Source: Ancylonema sp.
Lineage: Eukaryota
Length of the DNA: 20,000 nt
Direction: 5' to 3'
Assembly (NCBI GenBank): GCA_050230475.1
Contig: JBFLGF010000150.1
Coordinates: 44,788-64,787 of the forward strand
Shown here: positions 9,061 to 20,000 of the stretch, one piece after another
Numbering within the stretch: the first letter of the stretch is position 1
Layout of the letters: every line of letters begins with the position of its first letter
Position numbers and translations under genes: made by a program
The notes under the pieces: model-generated
The model's input: only the letters and a program-made list of their open reading frames with translations
Told to the model about the DNA's origin: nothing
The model's database searches: none

Positions 9061-10631
9061 ATTCTTGGATAGGGGCTATGGGGCGGCAGCCAAGATTGGG
9101 TGGAGAATGTGTGTCGCTTATAGCGAGATCACGGAGCAACATAATGTTAAATAGGCAGAGGCACGTGTGAGTGGGGAAGGCGTTGGTAGGGCCGGGCAGG
9201 CCGCAATAGGATAGCGGGTGGGTGTGCTTGTATAGTCGGTCTCATAGGACCGAGTCCTCAAGTGTGTAGGTCGGGAGTAGCGTTTGGGGTCAAATGACCA
9301 CACAACGTAGGATGGCGCTCTCATCATGTCATCGAGTGAGTGAATATTACGATCCCTATGTAGCTTGTAGAGGATGTCGAGTGCTGTCGATTTGATGTGT
9401 ATTTGTTAGAATGTCAAGCTAGATCGTCGATACTGGAGAGGAGGAGGTGAAGTAGATGGGTGGTGGTTGGAGACGAACAATGAATGTTGTTTGTTACATT
9501 GGTACGGATGAGAAAGCGTAGAGGAATGGAATGGAACGCCTTGTCATCTCGAGGCTTGACATTGGAACATTTCTCGGTGGTTTTCAGTACACATCATTGA
9601 AGTAAGAAGTACTACCTTGTCGGTGGCTGATCTCTCCATTGTTGCACAATATGTACTTGATACCGTGGCCAAAAAAATGGAGACTAGCATGCCCCGATCT
9701 GTGTTTTCCCTCGATGTCAATATTTTTGAGCGAGAGAGTTTCTAACAAGGCTCTTTCAACAGGTCAAGCAATCGGACCATGGGGTCGTTCGATTCGACAA
9801 TTGGCAAAGCTCGCAAATCTCAAATTGTTGTCTAGTTGTCAAGAGCATAGGAGTTGCACGAACTACCGATATCTCACAACATGAAATTACTAAATCTGAC
9901 ATCCTCTACCCGAACATGCCAAATTCCAACACCTTGCTACCTCGCTATACATGACTTATATTCAAAGACATGACACGAACTACTCATACAGAAAGTGATA
10001 CATAATGTCGCTTTGTTGGGTGGGATCTATCAGATTTGCACTCCAAGAAGACGACAAAAATCTGATTCAGATACAACTTCACCATAAGGCTTTGTCTCGA
10101 GGTGGGAGATGTAAGCATCTTGCACGTGTGAAGAAATTGCACCCACCATGCTCTCTGTGATTTGAGCATACTTTGGCATCGTATTAGTCTTGCCCCCTGA
10201 AAAATCGCCACATACGGCATCAAGACACAAAAACGACCACGCTTGAGGTACACGTGAGAGACGGGCGTATGATCCGTTAGTTCAGCTCTTCGTTCCAAAA
10301 GTAAGTGGTCGCAATACGCCTCCTTCGCTTATCCCAGAATTCAATAAAACAACAAAACGTGAACACCCGTTCGAGAGTAGGGTAGGGAGTTTGTTAGTTG
10401 TTAGCTCAAGTGGGTCACCTTGTCCAATGATTGGAGAGTAGGGTGGGGGCGGCTTCATCCACTCGCCAAGATCATCTCGCATGTGCGAACGATCCGATGC
10501 GAATTCTCGCAGAAACTGTGGGCCACTCACGGCTCGGAAGAGCCTAGAGAAGATCTCGTATTTTAAGAATCAGGGAGAGATCTGGTCTTGGGGATCCCCG
10601 GGTGGTGGATGTTGCATGAGACGACAAACAC

Positions 10632-10655
10632 TAAATAAATAAATAAATAAATAAA
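10632..10655 (+). repeat. (TAAA)6 microsatellite
   Basis: Six perfect TAAA units. Confidence 0.95.
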
Positions 10656-11113
10656 GAATGGATCTTCTACAAAGACTGGATTTCAGGGCGAGGCATGCCC
10701 GAGAACAACTAGACAGCAAGGCAATTTCCCATTTCTGTTTAAACGATTCTCCCATTCCTCACCGCACGAACTCTGGCGTCAGCTCCACAGGTGACGCCCC
10801 TCCTCCCTGCAGAGCTTGGTGTACATATTGGGGGGCTGCCACCGGGAAAGGCAGATCCGAGTCTAGATCCCATACCTGCGGGGCTGGACCAACCTGCGGG
10901 GCCCGCCAAAGGTTTATCCACATTCAGGCATAGGTCTCATTGTGCACCCATAGGTTGTTTACAATTTGTCACCGATTGTGTCACTCCACATGGCTGTGCT
11001 GTGAAAGCGAGGGGGTTGATTGCCCTCGACCATTCGATTGACAACATTGTGTCAGTCGCAACACTCTTATGGGAATGACTCATTCTGACGGAAATTTTGG
11101 ATTCGCAAACTCG

Positions 11114-11157
11114 GGACAGCTGCGGACAGCTGCGGACAGCTGCGGACAGCTGCGGAC
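11114..11157 (+). repeat. 10-bp minisatellite (GGACAGCTGC) x 4.4
   Basis: Perfect tandem units read directly. Confidence 0.95.
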
Positions 11158-13123
11158 CAGGTGCGTTTTTGGGACCTGGACACATATCACGTGGTAGTCC
11201 CAAATCACTGGCTCGGTGGGCCCCACACCTCTCTGCTTCCAAAGTGGTACCTGCAAAACACAAAAAGAATTGGCGGTTTGAAATTCGGTTTTTGCTTCGG
11301 CTGTCTAGGAGCACTGATAGCTAGCCTGTGCGTTTCAATGTTTTCTGATCGGCGATCTCAAAGACTTGCACTGTTCTAAACATACGATGCGTTGCATATT
11401 TTTTAAATATCACTATGATCAAGATCACTCTGCGGTTGTGGTTCGAATCGAGGGAGCCGTCACCGAAAGTTTAGAGGTGAAGGCTGAATCGTTTGGGAGA
11501 TGTGTAAATTATGAGAGGCAGTGAGAATTTCATGATTGTGAGGGAGTGGGAGAAAGCTGCATGAAACGTATAGAGATGAGTTGTAATTTCTCCCAGTAAG
11601 GCCGCCATGGTGTCCAAGTGCTCTGCAGTCCTGACCTTGTCCCAGGGGCTCATCGGGCCCCCTTGGCAGCCACTTAGAGCTGGTTTTGGGGAGGGCTGGA
11701 AACAGAATTACCGTTTTGAAAGAATTGGAAATGAATGCGACTAGCAGGTCAGAAGCGTCAGGTGCCGCAAGACCTCTCCGAACGAGCTCCGTGCATAGCA
11801 GGTACACATTCTCCTCGCTGCAATCACGGATCCAAACCGCCGTTAAATGGACAAATATAAGGGTGAACCATGACGTGGCTGTCTCATCAGTGCCTCTGAT
11901 TGTCCTTGTGATGACCTTCTGATCCCTCAGAATACCTCAGCATTCGGCATTCAGCATTGTAGTGGAGAGGCTCCTAGGAATACTGAAGTCGCTTCATGCG
12001 TATCACATGTAAGTAACCGTTACTGCAACATCTCTTGTCTGGTTTATAAAAGACTGCAATCTGAATGGTCGAGCTGGCGAAATTTGGAGGCGACGCATTC
12101 ACGGGCCCTGCACTGCCGGTGGCTCACTTCACCCGTGACCGGACAAAATTACTACGGGGGCCAGTCCCACAAAGTACAAACATCTCATTCAGCTGAGAGT
12201 TCTCGGTGTCGCAGAGCGCGTCGAAGAGTCTGCCTGATCTGTATAGTCGTCATTACTCCGCGCTCTGAGCATTGAAAACGAGGACTGTTCTTACCAGTAG
12301 CAGGGGGTGTAAGCGCATTCTTCAACAGTCAAATTGCGGGCGCCAGCGGCCACCTCTCGCAGCATATTAGAAACCGAGATGATACCAATAAACGCAGATT
12401 ATCTATGGACTGATAATGAACGTCTCAGGTAACATCTCGGTAAACGTCTCACATCATCCCCATGTTCTCAGCTCACTTGACTCTTGCAGCAAGTTACCGT
12501 CTTGCCAGATTGTGAAATGGAATTTTTTTATGATACAATAAATACTAGTTACGGGCACACTAACGTGTGCCACAATTCCAATCGATGGAATCAGTACATA
12601 CGCGACAATTCCAGAACTCGCCGGTGACCGGGATTCCGCGTTTAAATGTCGTGTTTGGAAATTCTGCGTGCAATGAACGTTCATTGAGCGTTTGCGTATC
12701 ACGATAAGTTGGGGGACAAGACAGAATACAATTCACGCGCAGCAATCAGATCTACGTACTGTACTTCGCATCGCAATCTGTGTCTCAGCTAGGCGCCGAC
12801 TGTGGTCCCACTCTTGCAACGCTGCAACGCTGCAAAACTGCCGAAGCATACACAATGTGCTCTTCGGTGGGACGCGGAGCTGTGAGATCGTTGATGGATG
12901 GTGAATGTTTAGAGATCGCGAGGAGTTTCTAAGTTTCTAACATTGTTTCCCACGCAATGAATTTGTACTACAGACTTGTCAGAGTAGTGTAAGAGTAGAG
13001 CCTTATCTGGCAGAGAGGAGTTTTCCCCCCATTAAATCAGTATTTCTCTGGACCTGCGGTGGTTTTCCCCTGTAACCAGCTCGCCTTCAGGCGCTCTCAA
13101 ATAAATTCATTGGGGAAAATAAT

Positions 13124-16100
13124 ATGGCAGGTCGAAACGCATCCTCCGCTTCCGAAGATCTCATCAATGTCTTGCTTGGCGACGACCTTCTTCTGAATGT
13201 TGTTCGCCGCCTGAACAGCGCAGGAGACAGGCGCAGGTTTGGCCTTGTCTGCAAACGCTGGCTGAAGCTTCACCGCACGACTTGTCAGAAGCTGAACGTG
13301 CTTCGAGCAGAAGCGACGACCTTCCTGGCCTCCCGCTTTCCCTCAGTAGAAGAGCTTGATTTCAGTCTCTGCGCTCAGGTACGACACAAACTTGTCGTTC
13401 TGTGGTGTCTGTGAGCTTAAATTTGTGGCTCAAATGTACAGTCACTCTTTTTTTGCCAGAGTGGAAACAATGCATGATCGTCTAGAGAGTGCTGAAATGG
13501 TATGACTGTGTCCTCTCTCCTAGGGGCTTTGCTCACGTTCTGTTTTTTTTCAATACTATGAAAGCACTGTCAGCTGGGAAATTGCATTGCAGCTCTACAG
13601 AAATGTCCTACAAACGTGAAATGCAAGAATAAATTTTTGTCCACAGGTGCGAATAAGACCCACTGGGGTGAACCATTCGCGAGTGAACGTGTATTCGTAA
13701 CCGACGTGTGCTGCTCGTGAGCCCTTGCCAGCCAGACACGGGACAGGGATGTGCTGCTGTCAGTTTACATGACAATTCGATCATTCTTTTGTTTGCCGTT
13801 GCCTCCCAGGTGAAAGATGAGGACCTCTGCCAGGTCACTGAGGCCTTGGGGCCTGGCTTGCGTAGCCTCAATCTGGCGAACAACCGTCGGGTCACACACC
13901 TTGGTCTGATATCTGTGGGCAACCACTGCCCCAATCTGCTACGACTGCAGCTCGTCTACGGCACATTCATCGACGTCGGGCTACAGGGCATTGCACGGTG
14001 CGGCAAGCTCCAGGTGCGGGATTCGTAAAGCACTGGCAAACATTGGGCAAACATTGGGCAAACAGAGGGCAAACAGAGGGCAGAAGGCCAACCCCGGGCG
14101 CGCTTTTGCGGAGTTCATGCGAGGGAGTGTAGAAGGACAGAGAAGCAGGCGCCAGCTGGCAGAGCAGAGGCATACTAAAGTGGGGAAACCGGAAGATGAA
14201 TGAGGACTTGTGGGAGTCGAACTCCCCTCTGGCACTCATGCACGGCATGCTTCCATCCACCTGTTCCTCCTTCCATCTGTGTCTGGGACCGGAAGACATT
14301 TCTCCTGCACAGCTCTGCACGGTGATGTGATACTGTTGTCCCGCAGAAGCCCAAACAAGCAGCACCCCCCCTTCCCTTTGTTTGCGTGTCCAGCTGTTGT
14401 CTCTCGTGAACTGCCGCGAGGTGACGGATGCGGGGCTGGCCTTTGTGGCGGAGGGTTGCAAGGAGCTGCAGGATCTGAGTCTCAAGTGGTGCATCATGGT
14501 GTCGGACCGCGGGGTGTGCACGGTGGCGAAGCACTGCCGCCAACTAGTCTCTCTGGACCTATCCTACACCCAGGTACTCCACATCCATCGGGGTGTTGTC
14601 CTGTGAACAGGGCATGAGGGCTGAACCTCTGTGCGGTGGCAGGTCGGTGGAGAGAGTCTGCAGTCGGTGGCCACTCTGCCGGGGTTGTGCCACCTCAGCT
14701 TGGTGTCGTGCGCCAACGTGAACGACAGCGCGCTCGCCCACCTGGCCGCCCTCTCCTCCCTCAAGGTGCTGGACCTCATGACCTGCGAGGGCGTGAGCGA
14801 CAGCGGGCTGGCAGCGCTGGCAGCGGGGGCCTGCCAGCTGCAGCACCTCAACCTCTCCTACTGCCGCCAGATGATCGACGCGTTTCTGAAGTCCATGCGT
14901 CGCCAGCCCCACCTCTCCATCCTGAAGCTGGACGTGTGCAGCATCACGGGGGTGGGGCTGGCCGCGCTGGCCCTCACAGCCTCCTCCCTGCTCTCCCTCA
15001 GCCTGCGGCGGTGCGGGGGAGTGACAGATGGCGGCATGGCGGCCCTCCTGCCCTTCACGCCGCAGCTGGAGCACCTGGACCTCACGTGCTGCCACGCTGT
15101 CACCGACCGCACGCTGGCACTGGTGGGGAGGTGCAACAAGTGAGGGGGTGGGGCGGGGCGGGTGGAGCAGGTGGGCCGTCACACTTTGTACTCATCTGTG
15201 CATCGTGGCTTCCAGGAAGCTGCGCAAGCTGGCTGCGGAGGGGTGCACGCTGCTGACGGATACCGGACTGGCAGCGGTCTGCGAGGCGTGCGATTTGGAG
15301 GACCTGGACCTCACGGAGTGCGAGGTCAGAGACTCGGGTGAGGAGGTCTCGGATGGGGGGAGGGATGGGTACGTATGAATAGAAGCTTGCATAAAATCCG
15401 AAGATCCGAAGATTGTGCCTGTCTGTGGGTGGTCAACTTGACTCGAGTCACAAAACAATGAATTCGATTCACCCTCGATCACGTCCTTGGATGATTGAAA
15501 TAACAAATGCAGTCGAGCGGTGCAGCCTCGCCAGTCAAGAAACACACGTAGTGCACAATCTGCGATCTCGTGGCTCGTGGGCGGAACTGGCCGCTCACTG
15601 CCACCTTCTGTCGTGTGTCCTCGTTCCGCAGGGGGTCAATCCATTTCGGATTGCAGGAATGTGCGCAACCTCAAATTAGGGTTCAGTATTGGTCTGAGCA
15701 GTGCGGGGCTGGGCTGCATCGGTATGGGGTGCGCACGATTGGAAAACCTGGATGTGTACAGGTACGAACGTACACATACACACGTCCCTATCTTTTGCAG
15801 CCCGCGTTGATGAGGGCACATCGACCTTGTGAGTGTATGCAGACAGTGAGGGGGTGGGGGGGGGTGGGGCGGGTGGGCCGTCGTACTTTGTACTCACTCG
15901 TGGTGCATCGCGGCTTCCAGGAAGCTGCGCAAGCTGGCTGCGGAGGGGTGCACGCTGCTGACGGATACCGGACTGGCAGCGGTCTGCGAGGCGTGCGATT
16001 TGGAGGACCTGGACCTCACGGAGTGCGAGGTCAGAGACTCGGGTGAGGAGGTCTCGGATGGGGGGAGGGATGGGTACGTATGAATAGAAGCTTGCATAAA

Positions 16101-17644
16101 ATCCGAAGATCCGAAGATTGTGCCTGTCTGTGGGTGGTCAACTTGACTCGAGTCACAAAACAATGAATTCGATTCACCCTCGATCACGTCCTTGGATGAT
16201 TGAAATAACAAATGCAGTCGAGCGGTGCAGCCTCGCCAGTCAAGAAACACACGTAGTGCACAATCTGCGATCTCGTGGCTCGTGGGCGGAACTGGCCGCT
16301 CACTGCCACCTTCTGTCGTGTGTCCTCGTTCCGCAGGGGGTCAATCCATTTCGGATTGCAGGAATGTGCGCAACCTCAAATTAGGGTTCAGTATTGGTCT
16401 GAGCAGTGCGGGGCTGGGCTGCATCGGTATGGGGTGCGCACGATTGGAAAACCTGGATGTGTACAGGTACGAACGTACACATACACACGTCCCTATCTTT
16501 TGCAGCCCGCGTTGATGAGGGCACATCGACCTTGTGAGTGTATGCAGACATGGACGCACACAAACACATGTAGGCTGTATGGCCTCATGTGCCATTGCTG
16601 TCATTCCCTTGGATTGTGTTGTACACCAATGGGTGTGGATGGAAGGTTAGGGTTAGGGTTCTCCTTGAAAGAATATAGCCATATGAGCGTAAGCTCCATC
16701 AACGCCCCATACACGCATGCTCTCCCTTCCACATTCCCCCAACCTCGCATTCCTTACCTGTGTGAAACCACCCACCAATCACATTCTTTTCCCGCACATG
16801 CGACCGCAGGTGTGAAGGTGTAGGAGACGATGGCATCGTCGCGATTGCCGCGGGGTGCCCCCACCTGCTCAACCTCAACCTCTCCTACTGCACCGCAATC
16901 ACCAACGTCAGCTTCCAAGCCATCGCGCGCCACTCCCACCAACTGCTTAACCTTGAAGTGCGCGGGTGTGAACAACTCACCAGTGTGGGCCTAGTGGCGC
17001 TGGCCGCGGGCTGTCCCTCTCTCAGAGAACTAGATATTAAGCGTTGTCGACAGATCGGCGATATGGGGGTGCTAGCTGTCGCAAAGTGCTGCGTGGATTT
17101 ACGTCAAGTATAAACTCCCCCTCCTTGTTTCACAAATTTTTACACGTCTCTTCTCCAGTAAATGTCTCGAGAAATGCTTCCGTGTTTTTTGGAAAATCAT
17201 GCACCTCGATCCGCTTGTTTCCCAAATAATCATGGCTGTCGATTCAAGCTTTCTTTTTGTATGTCGCTCTTTTTCCAGATATAGTTTACGATAATATGAG
17301 AGTTTTCTAGGCCCTCTGACATTGCATATCGTCGGCCGCTTCTCAATGTGTGTGTTTGACAGGTGAACCTCTCGTATTGCCCCGTCACATACAAAGGCTT
17401 GTATGCCGTTTCTACCCTTCGGTGTATGGGCAATATGAAATTAGTACATAGCTCTCACGTGAGCGAGATGGGCATGTCGGAATCCTTGCTTGCTTGCAAG
17501 GGGTTGAAAAAGGTAAAGCTTTTAGGTAGACAACGAGATAGCTTCGCCCCTCAAGTTTGGGAGACGTTAGAAGGCCGGGGTTGCAAGTTGAGATGGATGG
17601 ATAAGCCGGATCCGGAACGGCTGCTGCCAACGTTTGCGCTTTGA
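13124..17644 (+). CDS. FBL3: F-box/LRR-repeat protein of the FBL3/RAE1-RAH1 type (SCF substrate receptor); 655 aa with one copy of exons 5-6, 739 aa with both
   Basis: Exons: 13124-13378, 13810-14013, 14394-14573, 14643-15139, 15216-15337, 15632-15761, [duplicates 15921-16042, 16337-16466], 16810-17107, 17363-17644. All introns are GT-AG and phase-consistent. N-terminal F-box-like LLGDDLLLNVVRRL..DRRRFGLVCKRW; many cysteine-containing LRRs (LSLKWCIMVSDRGV, LDLTCCHAVTD, LKLGFSIGLSSAGLGCIGMGCARLENLDVYRC, LNLSYCTAIT, LEVRGC, LDIKRC); C-terminal LEGRGCKLRWMDK resembles the FBL3/RAE1 end. Confidence 0.9.
14035..14092 (+). repeat. 11-bp tandem repeat in F-box intron 2 (GGCAAACATTG x2, then GGCAAACAGAG x2, then partial)
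   Basis: ggcaaacattg ggcaaacattg ggcaaacagag ggcaaacagag ggca plus flank. Confidence 0.85.
15140..16550 (+). repeat. 705-bp intragenic tandem duplication (intron 4, exon 5, intron 5, exon 6, 5' part of intron 6) in the F-box gene
   Basis: 15216-15845 appears identical to 15921-16550, and ORF-track translations repeat at a +705 offset. The first ~70 bp of each unit (15140-15215 vs 15846-15920) are homologous but differ at several positions. Confidence 0.97.
16645..16660 (+). repeat. Short TTAGGG-type telomere-like repeat in F-box intron 6
   Basis: ggttagggttagggtt. Confidence 0.6.
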
Positions 17645-18605
17645 TGTGGTTGTAGACACGTAGTCGTGGACCCTTTAGAAAAGAAATAAAATTTCAGTGT
17701 CAATTTTTCAATATAATTACTCAACAACCTTTCTGGCCGAAATTCTGTGGGTCTTTTTTTTTCATTTCTGCATGCGCAACTAATTGGTCGTTCGGTTCAT
17801 TTGGTTCGTCCACTTGTCGGAACGCTAACCGACAGGCGACCGATAGCCCATGGCTACGGCACCGACTATCAATGCAGCAACTAGGCTTTTGCGGGAAAAA
17901 AATCGATGATTGGGAATTCTTTGACGTAGGTCATATAATAAGTTTTTTTTTAATGGGAGTGGTCACAAGAATTTTGTACTTATCCACGTGCCAAACGGCC
18001 GATAAGTCGAAATTGCGTTAGAAAAAAAGATCAACGACATGATAGCTGAAGATCGTATGCTCTGGGAGACAAATATTGGATTTCCCTCTTTACACATCTG
18101 ACCTCAAGGCTCTTAGCAAACGTGCCTATAATGCGTATACAAACACTCACAATCACGTTATTAACACAGGCATCCAGTTTCCCGAAGGTGAGCCCATACC
18201 GAGAAGTTGTTGTACGTGGCTCGCAAAGGCGGCAATTCCATGAGATGAATGATTTTGATCATGATGATGAAAAAACACAAAAAAAAACCCAAGTAAGTAG
18301 TTATCTTGGGGGGGGGGGATAAATGCAAAAAGCTCCGTCTGGGATTGTATATGGCTGAAGATAAGATCCATTCTCGGATTTTGCCTTCAGAGGCGGTGTT
18401 TACCTCAATACCGATCAACCCATAGTTGTGCGACATGCGCGGCACAAGTTTTAGATGATTGCATTTTTCAAAAATTTGGGGGGGTCAGGTATGGTCAATA
18501 CGAGTATATCAAGTCATAGGAGAATGTACTAGAAATACTAGCTCAAAAAAATCATTATTATGCGGTCAAGAGAAAAAAAATCGGAATCCGGGACTAATGC
18601 ATGTC

Positions 18606-19202
18606 TAGGGTTGTGCCCCGCCCGCATGAAACCAACAGGATGGGGTGGGGGCGGGTGAAACCCATTCGCCCACTTGCCCACCCGCCCACCTGCCGGTGGG
18701 GGGGTCCACCCGAGTGTGGGAGGTTGCCAGCCGCAGCCCACCCGCGGTTGGGAGGATGGGAATTTGGTGGTCAAGGTAAAAAAATCGATCTTCTCGCATT
18801 GGTAGTCACCAAATGTTCGTTATAAGCACACCTTTGGGAGACGGAATTTGACGGTCCACGACGTACATATGTGCTAATATACTATGTTGTATATGCAATA
18901 TGGTGTATGATAGATATGATGACGTGACTAACAAACACACACTAGGGAACGAAATTCTGATTAAAAAAGGTGTGCTGATGACGAATATTTTGTAAGAAGA
19001 CTGATGCGAGACGACCATCTTTAGTACTTCATGCACCCGATTCCCACCCGCCCACCCGCCCACCCGCGGGTTGGCCCTCCTCCAGCCGCATTTTACCCCC
19101 CCCCCCCCGTGCGGATGGCCACCCGAATTTTATTTTCCATCGGAGTGCGGGTGGACATCCGCGGGTGAATGGGAGGGCGGGAGGGCGGGTCGCACAACCC
19201 TA
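18606..19202. mobile_element. Non-autonomous hAT-like DNA transposon (MITE-like), 597 bp
   Basis: Perfect 11-bp TIRs TAGGGTTGTGC (18606-18616) and GCACAACCCTA (19192-19202). Flanking 8-bp near-duplication TGCATGTC (18598-18605) / TGTATGTC (19203-19210). Both GC-rich ends carry many ACCCG/CGGGT subterminal motifs around an AT-rich core (about 18780-19030). No transposase ORF. An 8-bp TSD with TAGGG termini is characteristic of hAT elements. Confidence 0.88.
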
Positions 19203-19399
19203 TGTATGTCTCATGTTTTTAATCAGTTTTCGCGTAGAAAGGGATTGTCATGATAGAAGGGACTTGCGGTTTTAAAAAAATCACTAGTCTCTAACATGGT
19301 CTAGGTCTAGATGGACCTGAAACGCGGTTCGGTTGGCTGATTCTGGTTTTGACAAGAAGACTGCAAATTTTTTATTATTTTTGCAACTTCTTGGACGTG

Positions 19400-19570
19400 T
19401 TATGCTATCTAACATCGTGTACGTACACACGTGTAACACACTGTTATATCGAACACACACACGTGCCACCGCGCTAAATAATAATTCACTCGTGTCACAT
19501 ACAAGTGTGAACACATCAACCGAATCACACGTGCGAGCCCGCACGGTGTGATACAATGCATTGCACACAT
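19400..19570 (+). repeat. More diverged copy of the same dispersed repeat (another partial copy at about 19960-20000)
   Basis: GTTATGCTATCTAACATCGTGTACGTACACACGTG...TCGAAC resembles the arm start GTCGTGCCATCTAGCATCGTGCCACACTCTCACGTG...ACGAAT. CCATCGTGTAATGTCCACACGTG near 19972 resembles 494-514. Confidence 0.4.
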
Positions 19571-20000
19571 GCATCCCGTGCCATGTGTGCAACTACACTT
19601 ACTCTCACTTGCACATCCACATCATGCACCATCAAGTGCATGTGCGTAACTAGCCCGTATCGACACCGTCATGTGTGTGATGTTTCTGACTCCCCCCCCA
19701 AAGAGAAAGTAAGCTCCTGAGTCTTGAACTTTGTATTTCGCACATGTTGACTGCCGTGTAGACAAGGGCGTGTCACCACGTTCCGTTGTTTGGATACCCT
19801 GAAAACAATTCCCGGTTATCAAAAGAACATGTGAACACATGAGTATTATCCCACCTCCTAGAAGGTCGTAATGGAATGAGGGATTCGAGGTTCTCATTCC
19901 ATCGTCACCTAGGAGGTCAGATGTATCAAACCATGACCCAACCGTACCCAAGTGTAGTGTCGTATGTTATTCCATCGTGTAATGTCCACACGTGCGATGA

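Noticed and set aside
10570..10980. C-terminus of a non-LTR retrotransposon ORF on the minus strand (FKQKWEIALL..)
   Set aside because: The resemblance is only vague. Upstream frames contain stops and show no recognisable RT or endonuclease motif.
3789..17644. Functional linkage between the kinesin and the F-box gene
   Set aside because: They are co-oriented eukaryotic neighbours about 4 kb apart with no shared regulatory signal or known pathway link.
17780..17870. Small hairpins downstream of the F-box gene as an ncRNA or tRNA
   Set aside because: Stems are only 5-8 bp, with no cloverleaf, A/B boxes or other RNA-family signature.

Overview
Eukaryotic nuclear DNA from a streptophyte plant lineage. 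GC-rich exons and short G-rich introns suggest a charophyte alga or other non-angiosperm (inference only). There are two intron-rich genes, both on the + strand. (1) A NACK1/HINKEL/TETRASPORE-type kinesin-7 at 3789-9060 (15 exons, about 947 aa), with a 1-nt frameshift near 8400-8445 and a non-canonical GG donor at 6811; both may be assembly errors. (2) An FBL3/RAE1-type F-box/LRR gene at 13124-17644, carrying a 705-bp internal tandem duplication of two exons that preserves the frame but breaks the LRR register. Intergenic DNA is repeat-derived: a 597-bp non-autonomous hAT-like element with TIRs and an 8-bp TSD (18606-19202), a ~195-bp-arm inverted repeat upstream of the kinesin, two diverged head-to-tail ~800-bp units, a dispersed repeat family and several micro/minisatellites. 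I found no convincing new multi-gene system. The most notable signals are the exon-pair duplication, the poly-G intron architecture with a 5'-to-3' intron-length gradient, and the kinesin frameshift and GG donor.
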